Under the pieces are notes generated by a model. The model was not told the origin of the DNA. It did not search any database and worked only from the letters and a program-made list of their open reading frames with translations. A program made the translations under genes and the position numbers. A stretch of DNA of 61,470 bases, taken from Chloroflexota bacterium. GTDB lineage: Bacteria; Chloroflexota; Limnocylindria; Limnocylindrales; CSP1-4. Positions 1-12,173 of this stretch are shown piece by piece. Position 1 is the stretch's first letter. Each line of letters starts with the position of its first letter. The stretch lies in assembly GCA_031369685.1 (NCBI GenBank), contig JANMPD010000239.1:1-61470 (forward strand), given 5' to 3'.

Positions 1-2570
<2,570 letters not shown>

Positions 2571-2571
<1 letters not shown>

Positions 2572-4811
2572 TGCCGATCACCTGGCAGGCAGAAACTCGC
2601 GAGTTCCACCTGCACAACGGCAAGCTCAGTCTCGTCCTCGGCGTCCTGGAAAACGGCTGGCTGGGACAGTTCCATTTCGGGGCTCCGCTGGATCCGGCCG
2701 CTTCCTACCGGCACCTTGGGCCCGCCGCGTTCCACGGTTTCGGGAACCGGGTCGATGAGCCGATCGCGCTCATCGTGCCCACCTCGGGCGGCGGAGACTT
2801 TCAGATTCCCGCGCTTGTCGTTGAGAGTCCGGGTGGCGAAACGGTCCTGGACCTCGTCTACGCGGGACACCGGATCACGCCCGGCAAGCCGCCGCTTGAG
2901 GGTCTGCCGGCAACGTACGCAGAGGATCCCGCCGAAGTCACCACCCTCGAGATCGACCTCGATGACGAGGTGGCGGGTCTGCGCGTCCTGGCGCGCTTCA
3001 GCCTGTTCGAGGGTCGACCGATCGTCGCTCGCTCGATGGACCTGGTCAACATCGGGCAACACCGGCTGATCGTCCGTGCGGCGATGAGTACCGCCATCGA
3101 TCTCCCGAACGGCCCATGGGATGTGCTTGGTTTCAGTGGGGCGTGGGCGCGGGAGCGGCATCCGCACCGGGCTCCACTCCTTCCCGGCCGACGGTCGGTC
3201 GGCAGCCTTCGCGGGGCCAGCGGACACCAGCAGGATCCCTCGCTGTTCCTGCTGCGTCCGGGCACTGACGAGACGAGCGGCGAGGGTTTCGCCCTCTCGC
3301 TCGTGTATTCCGGCAACTTCCTCGCCGAGGCAGAGTCGGGACCCCGAGGCGCCGCCCGGGTCCGCATCGGGATCCATCCGGAAGCTTTTGCGTGGAACCT
3401 TGAGCCCGGTGCCAGTTTCGGGAGCCCGGAGGCCATCATCGCCTGGACCGCTACCGGGATCGGAACCCTCAGTGATGCGTTCCAGTCGCTCTATCGGGAG
3501 CGCTTGGCCCGGGGCGTGTGGCGCGATCGCACGCGTCCGGTACTGCTCAACAGCTGGGAAGGCGTCTACTACGACTTCGATCATGGGCAGTTGATCGCTA
3601 TGGCCAGGGCCGCAGCCGACCTCGGTGTGGAACTCTTCGTCCTCGATGATGGCTGGTTCGGTGAGCGCGACGACGACACGAGTTCACTGGGCGACTGGGT
3701 AGTGGATCGCCGAAAGCTGCCTAACGGCCTTGGCCCGCTGGCGTCCGAGGTTGAAGCGATGGGCCTGTCCCTTGGCCTCTGGATTGAGCCCGAAATGGTC
3801 AGTCAACGGAGTGCCCTCTTCAGGGAGCATCCCGACTGGGCCATCGGTGTGCCTGGCCGACCCCGCACCGAGAGTCGACAGCAACTGGTGCTCGACCTGT
3901 CCCGACCCGAAGTCGTCGACCACCTTGAGCGAGTGATCGCCGACGTTCTGTCGAGTGGGTCGATCCGCTATGTCAAATGGGACATGAACCGGAACATCAC
4001 TGAGCCCTACGGCGGATCCTTGCCCGCGGACCGGCAGGGCGAATTCTTCCACCGCTACATGCTCGGCACCTACGAGTTGTGGCATCGCCTGACCACGCGG
4101 TTCCCCGACATCCTCTGGGAATCCTGCGCTGGTGGCGGTGGTCGTTTCGACCCGGGAATGCTCGCCTACGCCCCCCAGGGATGGACCAGCGATGACACCG
4201 ACGCGATCGAGCGCCTGGCCATCCAGTGGGGCACCTCACACGTGTACCCGCTCAGCTCGATGGGTGCGCACGTTTCGGCGGTACCCAATCATCAGGTCGG
4301 TCGAATCACCCCTCTTCGAACGCGCGCGATCGTGTCGTTCTTCGGATTGTTGGGATACGAGCTGGATCCACGCACCCTGACGGATGGGGACCGGGCGGAG
4401 ATCCGCGACCAGATCGCCCTGTACGTCCACCACCGCGAGCTCTTCCAGCGCGGGCGGTTCGTCCGCCTTCGAAGCCCCTTGGGCCACGAGGACGCAGCCT
4501 GGATGGTCGTGGCGCCCGACCGGCGAACGGCGATCGTGGCCCACGTCCGGATCCTCGCGCAGGCGGTTCCGGTGCCCGATCGCCTTCGGCTTCACGGGCT
4601 CGACGCAACGCTCGCGTACCGGGTCGAGCGATGGCCGGCCGCCCCCGTGGCCGAGATTGGTGCGGGTTCCATCGTCGCCGGCTCGAGCGAGGACCGGCTG
4701 GGCGGAGATCTCCTCATGGCCGTCGGTCTGCGCGTCCAGCCTGCGGATGCCGTCGACGAACCATTGCCCGGTGACTTCGCGGCTCGACTCTGGGTGCTGA
4801 CCGCCGTCTGA
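2571..4811 (+). CDS. Alpha-galactosidase, glycoside hydrolase family 36
   Basis: The ATG at 2571 overlaps the lacZ stop (TGATG). The upstream part of ORF 2220..4811 is Arg/Gly-rich shadow. GH36 motifs 'YVKWDMNR', 'ESCAGGGGRFD' and 'WTSDDTDA' are present. Confidence 0.88.
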
Positions 4812-4830
4812 CCCGCTCGATCGGCCACCG

Positions 4831-6027
4831 TTACTCGCCCTGAGCTACTCCAGCACCATCTGCGGCGTCCACCACGAGGACCTGCGGGGTCAGGCCGGTC
4901 CGGCGCGTGTAGTCCCGTTCTATGGCCACGCGCAACTCCGCGGCTCGGCCGCGCTCCACAAGGTTGACCGTGCAACCCCCGAAACCGGCGCCGGTCAGGC
5001 GGGCGGCCACGACGCCCGGTGTGGCGACGGCGATCTCCACCAGGGCATCGAGCGCGGGCGACGAGACCTCGAACCGGTCGCGGAGCGACGCGTGGGAGGC
5101 CGCGAACAGCGTACCGAGGGCACGAAAATCCCCCGCGTGAAGTGCCGATTCGACCGCGCCGACCCGGGCATTCTCGGTCACGACGTGGAGAGCCCGTGCC
5201 CAGGCCACCTCGTCGATATGTGCCTGGTTTCGTGCCAGCATGGGCAGGTCAATATCCCGAAGAGAGTCGACACCAGGTTCATTCGCCTGGATTGCCAGCA
5301 CGGCTCGGCCGCACTCCTCACGGCGGGCGTTGTAGGCGGATGCTTCCAGGCGCCGAGGGCTGCCCGAGTGACATACGACGACCTCGAGTTCCTCCGGAAT
5401 CGGCACCGTGTGCCAGTCCAGGGATCGACAATCCAGCAGCAGCGCGCTGCCGGCCCGGCCAAGGGTGACGGCGAACTGGTCCATCAGGCCGCACATCACA
5501 CCGACGTACTCGTTTTCTGCCCGCTGGGCAGTCTGGGCGAGGGCCATCGGCTCGACGGCGGGTGCCTCGCCGCCCGACAACGCCCAGGCGGCGGCGAGCT
5601 CCAGAGCGGCCGATGATGACAGGCCGGCTCCGGATGGAATGGTCGATTCGAGGATCCCGTGGAAACCCCGGATCGGGACGCCGGCCTCGTGGAGCGCCCA
5701 CGCCGTGCCCGCGATGTAGTCGAGCCACGTCCCGCGCTTTGGACCCAGGTCGCGAAGATCGAGGATCCCACGATCCCCGGTGGACCTGAGCGTCAACTCG
5801 ACCCGGTCGTCGTCCGTTGGAACGAGGGCGACCCGGATCTCCAGATCGATGGCCGCCGGGAGCACCAGCCCGTCGTTGTAATCGGTGTGCTCGCCGATCA
5901 GGTTCACGCGCGCCGGGGATCGAACCACGCGGATCGCATCCGGCTGCTCCGCAGCCATCGGATCCAGGCTGATCAGGCGCTCTCGAAGCGTCGGCTCTCG
6001 TTCGGGTCGCGTCTCGGTGATCGGCAT
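4831..6027 (-). CDS. galK: Galactokinase
   Basis: GHMP kinase signatures 'RVNLIGEHTDYNDG', 'PSGAGLSSSAALE' and 'TGAGFGGC'. The start is placed at ATG 6027. The ORF also opens at TTG 6051, which would overlap the upstream MFS stop. Confidence 0.9.
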   Translation of the reverse strand: MPITETRPEREPTLRERLISLDPMAAEQPDAIRVVRSPARVNLIGEHTDYNDGLVLPAAIDLEIRVALVPTDDDRVELTLRSTGDRGILDLRDLGPKRGTWLDYIAGTAWALHEAGVPIRGFHGILESTIPSGAGLSSSAALELAAAWALSGGEAPAVEPMALAQTAQRAENEYVGVMCGLMDQFAVTLGRAGSALLLDCRSLDWHTVPIPEELEVVVCHSGSPRRLEASAYNARREECGRAVLAIQANEPGVDSLRDIDLPMLARNQAHIDEVAWARALHVVTENARVGAVESALHAGDFRALGTLFAASHASLRDRFEVSSPALDALVEIAVATPGVVAARLTGAGFGGCTVNLVERGRAAELRVAIERDYTRRTGLTPQVLVVDAADGAGVAQGE

Positions 6028-6040
6028 GTCGCGTTGGATG

Positions 6041-7243
6041 CTACTGGGCAACGCCGGGTCCGGCAGTCGCCGGCCCGCCGTGCGCCGTCGAAGTAACGGC
6101 CCTCCAGGTTACCGCCGCTCCACCGAGGGCCAGAACCGCGCAACCGAGGAACAACGGCATGGCGCCCCCAAGGCCGAACACCACGCCTCCCAGCGCGTTC
6201 GCAATGACCGCCGAAGCACCGAACCCGACCGTCTGATACAGGCCCTGTCCCGTGGCCTGAAGCTCCGGGGGCAGCAGGTTTGCGATCGTCATGACGGCCG
6301 CAATCGTGATCGCGGCGAACGCCAGCCCGCTCACCAGGCGAGTCGCCACGATCACCGATGGGTCGGCGAGGAACGCCCACGAAACGAGGACCGCCGCGTA
6401 GAGGATCATGCCCCCCGCCAGAAGAGCGCGCGTCCCGGTGCGGCGCACGATCCGGGGGATCAGGGCCATGGCGGGTATTTCGGCGAGGGCAGAGATGCCG
6501 GCGGACAGCGCGACATCGGATGGGTGTCCGCCCAACTGGAGAAGACGCAGGGCGAGGAAGGTGAAGCCGGCGAGGATGCCGATATGGACCAGGCCGAGGC
6601 CGAGGAGCACGCCACGCAGCCGTGGCTGTGTCCGCAGGACCAGCATGAACGAGCCACCCCGACGAGCGACGATCGCTTTCTGGCCAGCATGGGTAGCCGG
6701 GCCTGATTGAAATCGCGCGACATCCGGTACCCAGCGGAGCGCGACAACCATACCGATGGCGCTCACCAGAACGAGGAGCGGGGCTGGCCAGAAGCCGGTC
6801 ACGTTGTAGAGAGCGCCCGCCAGGATTGAGGTCCCGGCGAATCCAAGGCTGGTCAGCAAGCGAATCCGGGCATACGACCGCGGCGAACGGCCCAGGGCGT
6901 TGACCGCCAGCGCATCCGCGAGGGGTGAAACTGACGACTCAAACGCCGCGTAGGCAACGATGAGCCCGACGACGATGATCGGCGGGGCATTCAGGAGCAG
7001 CCCGAAGAGGGCGGCGGTCGACGCGATGACCCCGGCGCGAAGCGCGGCCGTCCTGCCGATGACGACGTCCGCGAGATGACCCCAGATCGGAACAGCCAGC
7101 ATGAAGGCGAGCGACGCGAGCGCAGCCGTCAGCCCGATCTCGGCCGGTCTGAAACCACGGTCGGCCAGAATTGCCGACAGGAACGGGTAGAACGCGCCCA
7201 GGATGGCGCCCGCGAACAAGAACAGGACCCTCAGCGCAAGCAT
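6041..7243 (-). CDS. MFS-type transporter (about 12 predicted hydrophobic helices)
   Basis: 400-aa, highly hydrophobic ORF with an ATG start. It sits directly upstream of galK on the same strand. The family call rests on general architecture only. Confidence 0.7.
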   Translation of the reverse strand: MLALRVLFLFAGAILGAFYPFLSAILADRGFRPAEIGLTAALASLAFMLAVPIWGHLADVVIGRTAALRAGVIASTAALFGLLLNAPPIIVVGLIVAYAAFESSVSPLADALAVNALGRSPRSYARIRLLTSLGFAGTSILAGALYNVTGFWPAPLLVLVSAIGMVVALRWVPDVARFQSGPATHAGQKAIVARRGGSFMLVLRTQPRLRGVLLGLGLVHIGILAGFTFLALRLLQLGGHPSDVALSAGISALAEIPAMALIPRIVRRTGTRALLAGGMILYAAVLVSWAFLADPSVIVATRLVSGLAFAAITIAAVMTIANLLPPELQATGQGLYQTVGFGASAVIANALGGVVFGLGGAMPLFLGCAVLALGGAAVTWRAVTSTAHGGPATAGPGVAQ

Positions 7244-7322
7244 CAGCGGATGGTAGCCGGGAGCGTCATGGCCCGTCGTGGTTGGCCCATCACACTAGGC
7301 CAACGGACGGTATGATGCGCCG

Positions 7323-8252
7323 ATGATTGCGCGTCCCACCCGACTTGATTGGCTGCTGCTCGTTGCCCTCGGCTTCATGTGGGGCACGAGCTACGTGTTC
7401 ATCAAGATCGGCGTCGAGACGCTTCCGACGTTCACCCTGATCGCCGCCCGCCTGGGCATCGGCCTGACGATCCTCGCGACGGTCGTGTTCATCGCGCGGG
7501 AACCACTGCCGCGCAACCCGAGGATCTATGGCCACCTCATCATCATGTCGATCATCAACATCGTGCTCCCGTTCTACCTGATCACGACCGCCGAGCGATC
7601 GGTCGACTCGGCCCTCGCAGCTATCCTGAACGGCGCGGTCCCGCTGTTCGTGATCGTCATCGCGTCGCTCTTCCTGCATGACGAGCCGATCACCGTGAAC
7701 CGCCTGGTCGGCCTGATCGTCGGCTACGCGGGCGTCGTCATCCTGGTCAGCCGGAGCCTCGGGCTGGCGGGCGGCGAGAGCAGCCTCGCGGGCGAGCTGG
7801 CACTCCTCGGATCGACGCTGGCCTATGCCGTCGGCGCAGTCTATTCGCGCCGTAACGTCCGTGGCCTGCGACCGATGATCCCGGCCCTCTTCCAGGTCGC
7901 CTTCGCGTTCGTCATCGTGAGCGTCATGGCCGTGCTGTTCGAGGACCCGTTGTCCGTCTCCTGGACGCCGCCTGCCGTGGGCGCTGTGGTTTGGCTGGGC
8001 ATCCTCGGATCCGGATTTGCCTACCTCGTCAACTTCCGCCTGCTCGCCCGAATCGGGGCCACGCGAACGTCGCTCGTCGCGTATCTGCTCCCGATCGTCG
8101 GCATCACGTCCGGCGCGATCGTGTTCCAGGAGACCGTCGACGCCCGGGTCCTGTTCGGGACGGCGCTCGTGTTCGCCGGCGTGGCCCTCGTCAACAGCCG
8201 GTACGGGCAGCGTCGGCTCTTCGGGCGTGGAGCGCCGCCCATCCAGTCCTAG
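7323..8252 (+). CDS. DMT/EamA-family transporter
   Basis: 309-aa polytopic membrane protein with two similar halves, starting 'LLVALGFMWGTSYVFIKIG', which is typical of EamA repeats. Confidence 0.75.
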   Translation: MIARPTRLDWLLLVALGFMWGTSYVFIKIGVETLPTFTLIAARLGIGLTILATVVFIAREPLPRNPRIYGHLIIMSIINIVLPFYLITTAERSVDSALAAILNGAVPLFVIVIASLFLHDEPITVNRLVGLIVGYAGVVILVSRSLGLAGGESSLAGELALLGSTLAYAVGAVYSRRNVRGLRPMIPALFQVAFAFVIVSVMAVLFEDPLSVSWTPPAVGAVVWLGILGSGFAYLVNFRLLARIGATRTSLVAYLLPIVGITSGAIVFQETVDARVLFGTALVFAGVALVNSRYGQRRLFGRGAPPIQS

Positions 8253-8381
8253 GCGGTCCTGGCCGGCGCCCGAGCGGATCGGGCGGCCGGCTCGATGTGA
8301 TTCCCACACACGTCGTTGACCGACGCCCTGGCCGCGCGTCGCGCCGCGTCGCGCCCGAGCGGATCGGGCGGATTGGGCGGA

Positions 8382-8563
8382 TTGGGCGTCGGCCGCCGTG
8401 ATCGATCTGGTTGCTGATCGACCTGGTTCATCAGCAGCGCGTTGGTCGAGCGTGGCGGTATCCGATATCCGTTGATTCGGCTGTGCGGCCGAGCGTGGAC
8501 GACTCGGGATTGATGAATCAGCTCGATCAGTCGCGCGGCAGGTCCGTGGCAAAAACGTCCCTG
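8382..8563 (+). repeat. 182-bp dispersed intergenic repeat, copy A (internal 20-nt inverted repeat 8414-8433 / 8511-8530)
   Basis: An ungapped hand alignment to 52781-52962 gives 161/182 identical positions. Similarity stops sharply at both ends. It lies between convergent genes. Confidence 0.85.
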
Positions 8564-8573
8564 GGTACTGGGG

Positions 8574-9470
8574 CTAGTGGGACAGCGCGAGGAGCACGGC
8601 CCCCACAACCACGAGGGCCGCGGCGGCGATCCGAGCACCGGCCTCGCGCCGTCCGGCCACTTCCCCAAGCCTCAGGGCGCCCCACGCCGCGGCAATCACG
8701 ATGCCCGATTCACGCAGCGGTGCCACGGCAGCGAGCGGCGCCAGCGAGTATGCGAACAGGACCAGCAGGTACGCGCCCAGAGACAGGACCCCGGTGACGG
8801 CATCGCGCCACATGGGCGTCGGGTACGGCGGCTGCGGCGGCGTCGCGATGATCCCGCTCCGTCGACCGAGGACCGCAACGGTCGTCAGGATGATCGTGGC
8901 GAACACGGCCAGGAATGATCCATACAGCCACGGATCCAGGACTCGCACCCCAAGTCGATCGACGGTCGAGTACGCGGCGATCATCGTGCCCGTGAGGAGC
9001 GCGAAGCCGATCGCTCCCCGATGGTGTCGGCCAGCGGCGCGAATCGCACGCCACGGGCGCGCCACCAGCATGATCCCGATGACGATGCACCCGACGCCGA
9101 CGAGCGCCGGACCGGACAGCCGCTCCCCGAGAAGGCCCAGGCCGACAGCAATCGCGAGGAGCGGCGCGCTGCCCCGCGCCAGGGGATAGACGAGCGACAG
9201 GTCGCCCCGCCCGTAGGCCGACGACAGGAACACGAAGTAGGCAGCCTCGAGAACCCCGGACACGAGTGCAAGCCCAACGCCCGCGGGGTCAATCGCGGGG
9301 CTTCCATGGGCGATCCAGGCCCAGATCCCGAACGGGACGAGCACGGCCGTGCCGATCGCCTGCAATCGAACCGCCGTGCGGAGCGGGTCCCCGGACGTCT
9401 TGAGGAGAACGTTCCAACCGGCGTGGAGAACAGCCGCAACGAGGACCAGGGCGACCGCGAGAGGTGGCAA
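8574..9470 (-). CDS. DMT/EamA-like membrane transporter
   Basis: 298-aa hydrophobic ORF ('AAVLHAGWNVLLK...'). The start codon is TTG at 9470, so the start is uncertain. Confidence 0.6.
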   Translation of the reverse strand: MPPLAVALVLVAAVLHAGWNVLLKTSGDPLRTAVRLQAIGTAVLVPFGIWAWIAHGSPAIDPAGVGLALVSGVLEAAYFVFLSSAYGRGDLSLVYPLARGSAPLLAIAVGLGLLGERLSGPALVGVGCIVIGIMLVARPWRAIRAAGRHHRGAIGFALLTGTMIAAYSTVDRLGVRVLDPWLYGSFLAVFATIILTTVAVLGRRSGIIATPPQPPYPTPMWRDAVTGVLSLGAYLLVLFAYSLAPLAAVAPLRESGIVIAAAWGALRLGEVAGRREAGARIAAAALVVVGAVLLALSH

Positions 9471-9478
9471 TGTCGGCC

Positions 9479-11140
9479 CTACCGGCCGATGTCGCGCCGC
9501 TGCATGCCGATGGCCGCGATCCCCAGCCCCCCGAACGCGAGGACCCCGCAGATCACGAGACCAACGGTGTCGAAGTCACCAATGATCGGAGCGCCAAGGT
9601 GCCGGTTCAGGGCCAACTCGCGGACGGGGTCCGGGAGGTCAAGCACGGAACCGAGGATATCGAAAATGAAGAACCCCAGGCCCAGAATCGCGGTAACGGG
9701 CGCGGCGAGTGATGGGCGGATCAGGCCACCGATGGCCAGACCGATGCCGGCCAACGCCATTCCATACAGTCCGAGCACCAGGACACCGATCGTGGGCGCC
9801 GCGACCGGATCCCCCTGGAGCGAGGCTCCGAGTGCCACGCCGGACGCCATGAGCAGCGTCGACAATGCAATCGAGACCATGACCGCCAGGCCGCCCCGGA
9901 TCATCCATTCACGCCGGCTGATCGGGGCCGCCAGCAGGACTTCGAGGCGCCGATCGCTTTCGTCAGAGGCCCATCCGCCCACCGCAACCGCTGCGGCCAG
10001 GCTGACCATGACGATCCCCTGCTGGAAAAACGCCAGCTGCAGGAAGCCGGCCGTCAAGAAGATGTCGGCATCTGGAAACAGCCGATGGACCATCGCCGAG
10101 ATCTGCGGAATCTTGGCCATCTGGGTGACGAACTCGTCCGCCGATGTGGCGATCAACAGTGCATAGAGGGCAAGGCCAAAACCCCACAGGAGGCTGGCCG
10201 GGAGCCGTTCCCCGATCCCTCGTCGGAAGACACCGGCCACCCAGATCCGAATCGGCGGGACCTGCAGACGCCCGCTCGACGGCGCCAGCATGTCACGACG
10301 CTCAAAGGCAAGGACACCGCCAGCCAGCATGAGCGTGATCACCCCGGCCAGCACCACCATCGATGCCCAGTCCCACTGACCGGCCAGCGGGCGATGGTCC
10401 GCGGTCAGGGCGAGATACGACAGCGGCTGCAGGGTCGCAAACGCCGGAACGATCAGCGCGTAGGCGTTCACGACGAAGCTCATTGCGAGGGCGATTCCAC
10501 CGGCCGCCATGGCCCCACCGCGTCCGACGTACGGGGCCACCAGGAACGACAGGGCGCCGGGAGCCATGATCGTCAGCAGCAACCAGCTACCCTGCCCCAC
10601 GATCTGCCCGACCGAAACCTCTTCCCCGGGCAGGGTTGCGAGGACGTTGATCGCCGCGAATGTGACGACCTCGAGGATCACGACTCCGAGCGTGACCGCC
10701 GCAAGGAAACCCAGGACCTTCTGGATGGCGAGCCGGCGACGGGCGACCGATGTTGCCGCGAGGGGGTCCAGGCTGCCGCGCGCCAATTCGCCGGCCAGGG
10801 TCCCGGACAGGGCGACCACGGACCAGATTCCAAACATGACCGGCAGGAAGTTGAAGATGCGCCACGAGACGAACCCGCCAAGCGTCTCGATCCGAATCGG
10901 CTCACCCAGCATCCCCTGGAAGACCGCGGGCAACGCCGAGAGCTGTCCTGCGAAGATCTGGCGGGCCAGGAGTGACGGAAAGTCCGCCGCAACCTGTGCC
11001 GCTGTCGCCACCACGAACAGCGAGAACACGATCCCCAACGCGATCGCGGTCCTGCGACTATCTCGGACGCTCTTCCCGAATACCGACCCGAGTCCGAACA
11101 AGCGGGCGCGCGTGGTCGGCTGCAGCAGCGCTCCGGTCAT
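9479..11140 (-). CDS. ABC-2 type transporter permease
   Basis: 553-aa polytopic membrane protein. Its ATG overlaps the stop of the upstream ABC ATPase (ATGA), indicating one operon. Confidence 0.7.
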   Translation of the reverse strand: MTGALLQPTTRARLFGLGSVFGKSVRDSRRTAIALGIVFSLFVVATAAQVAADFPSLLARQIFAGQLSALPAVFQGMLGEPIRIETLGGFVSWRIFNFLPVMFGIWSVVALSGTLAGELARGSLDPLAATSVARRRLAIQKVLGFLAAVTLGVVILEVVTFAAINVLATLPGEEVSVGQIVGQGSWLLLTIMAPGALSFLVAPYVGRGGAMAAGGIALAMSFVVNAYALIVPAFATLQPLSYLALTADHRPLAGQWDWASMVVLAGVITLMLAGGVLAFERRDMLAPSSGRLQVPPIRIWVAGVFRRGIGERLPASLLWGFGLALYALLIATSADEFVTQMAKIPQISAMVHRLFPDADIFLTAGFLQLAFFQQGIVMVSLAAAVAVGGWASDESDRRLEVLLAAPISRREWMIRGGLAVMVSIALSTLLMASGVALGASLQGDPVAAPTIGVLVLGLYGMALAGIGLAIGGLIRPSLAAPVTAILGLGFFIFDILGSVLDLPDPVRELALNRHLGAPIIGDFDTVGLVICGVLAFGGLGIAAIGMQRRDIGR

Positions 11141-12141
11141 CCGCGGGGATCGACCGACGAGGACTCAGGAGTCGGCGCGGACGCGGTTGAGCCGCCCGAC
11201 CCGGTCGCGGATGAGGCGCCCGACCCGGTCGCGGTTGAAGGGTCCGACCCGGTCGCAGAATCTCCGTACTGGGCGAGGAAGACTTCCTCGAGCGACGGCT
11301 CGCGGCTCACGAAGTCGACCAGATCGAGTTCGGCGGCGAGCCGGACGACCGGTGCGATCGGACCGCTCACGAGCATCCGCATGGCCCGATCCTCGATCAC
11401 CAGATGGCTCACACCGGAAAGGGCTCGAAAGGGCCCCGCATCGACATGACCCGAGAAGCGCAGCTCAACCTCGTGCGAGGCCATCTCGCGGAGTCCCTCG
11501 ATCGTATCGAGCCGGACGATTCGCCCTTCGCGGATGATTGCCACGCGGTCGCATGTCCGCTCGACCTCGCTGATGATGTGCGATGACAGGAATACCGTTC
11601 GCCCCGCGGCCTTGGCCTCGAACAAGATCTCGTTGAACACCTGCTGGACGAGGGGGTCAAGACCGGCGGTCGGCTCGTCCAGGATCAGCAATTCCGGGCG
11701 GTGCTGGAGCGCACAGATCAAGCCGACCTTTTGCTTGTTGCCTTTCGAGTACTCGCGGAAACGCCGGCTCGGGTCGAGACCGAGCCGCTCCACGAGCTCG
11801 GCGACGTAGGCGACATCTCGCCCTCCTCGGAGATTGGCAAAGTACTCGATGGTCTCGGCGCCGGTCAGCCGGTCGTACAGCGTGAACTCGCCCGGGAGGT
11901 AGCCGATCCGACGGTGGATCTCGACGGGGTTTGCGGTCGTTTCGATCCCGAAGACCGAAGCCCGCCCTGAGCTCGGACGGATGAGGTCGAGGAGGATCCG
12001 GATGGTCGTCGTCTTGCCGGCGCCATTCGGCCCGAGGAAGCCGAAGACCTCACCGGCAACAATATCGAGATCGACGTCGACGATTCCACGATGGACGCCG
12101 TACGTCTTGGTCAGTGATTCCGTATGGATGATCGACGCCAT
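11137..12141 (-). CDS. ABC transporter ATP-binding protein with low-complexity Ser/Thr/Gly C-terminal tail
   Basis: Walker A 'GPNGAGKTT', signature 'YSKGNKQKV' and Walker B 'LLILDEPT'. The start is taken at 'MASIIHTESL' (ATG 12141), not at the ORF opening at 12228. Confidence 0.9.
   Translation of the reverse strand: MASIIHTESLTKTYGVHRGIVDVDLDIVAGEVFGFLGPNGAGKTTTIRILLDLIRPSSGRASVFGIETTANPVEIHRRIGYLPGEFTLYDRLTGAETIEYFANLRGGRDVAYVAELVERLGLDPSRRFREYSKGNKQKVGLICALQHRPELLILDEPTAGLDPLVQQVFNEILFEAKAAGRTVFLSSHIISEVERTCDRVAIIREGRIVRLDTIEGLREMASHEVELRFSGHVDAGPFRALSGVSHLVIEDRAMRMLVSGPIAPVVRLAAELDLVDFVSREPSLEEVFLAQYGDSATGSDPSTATGSGASSATGSGGSTASAPTPESSSVDPRG
11190..11262 (-). repeat. In-frame 24-nt tandem repeat x3 (ATGSxxSx octads) in tail of ABC ATPase
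   Basis: '(c/t)ccgacccggtcgc' recurs at 11195, 11219 and 11243, with a 24-nt period. Confidence 0.8.
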
Positions 12142-12173
12142 GCGGCCTCCCCTGCTCGCCGAGTTCCCCCCGC

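Noticed and set aside
8266-8371. 21-nt perfect direct repeats considered as target-site duplications of a mobile element.
   Set aside because: 21 nt is far longer than usual TSDs. The enclosed 64 bp has no terminal inverted repeats or coding capacity. The pair does not flank the 182-bp repeat. It is more simply explained as a local duplication (reported as a low-interest finding).
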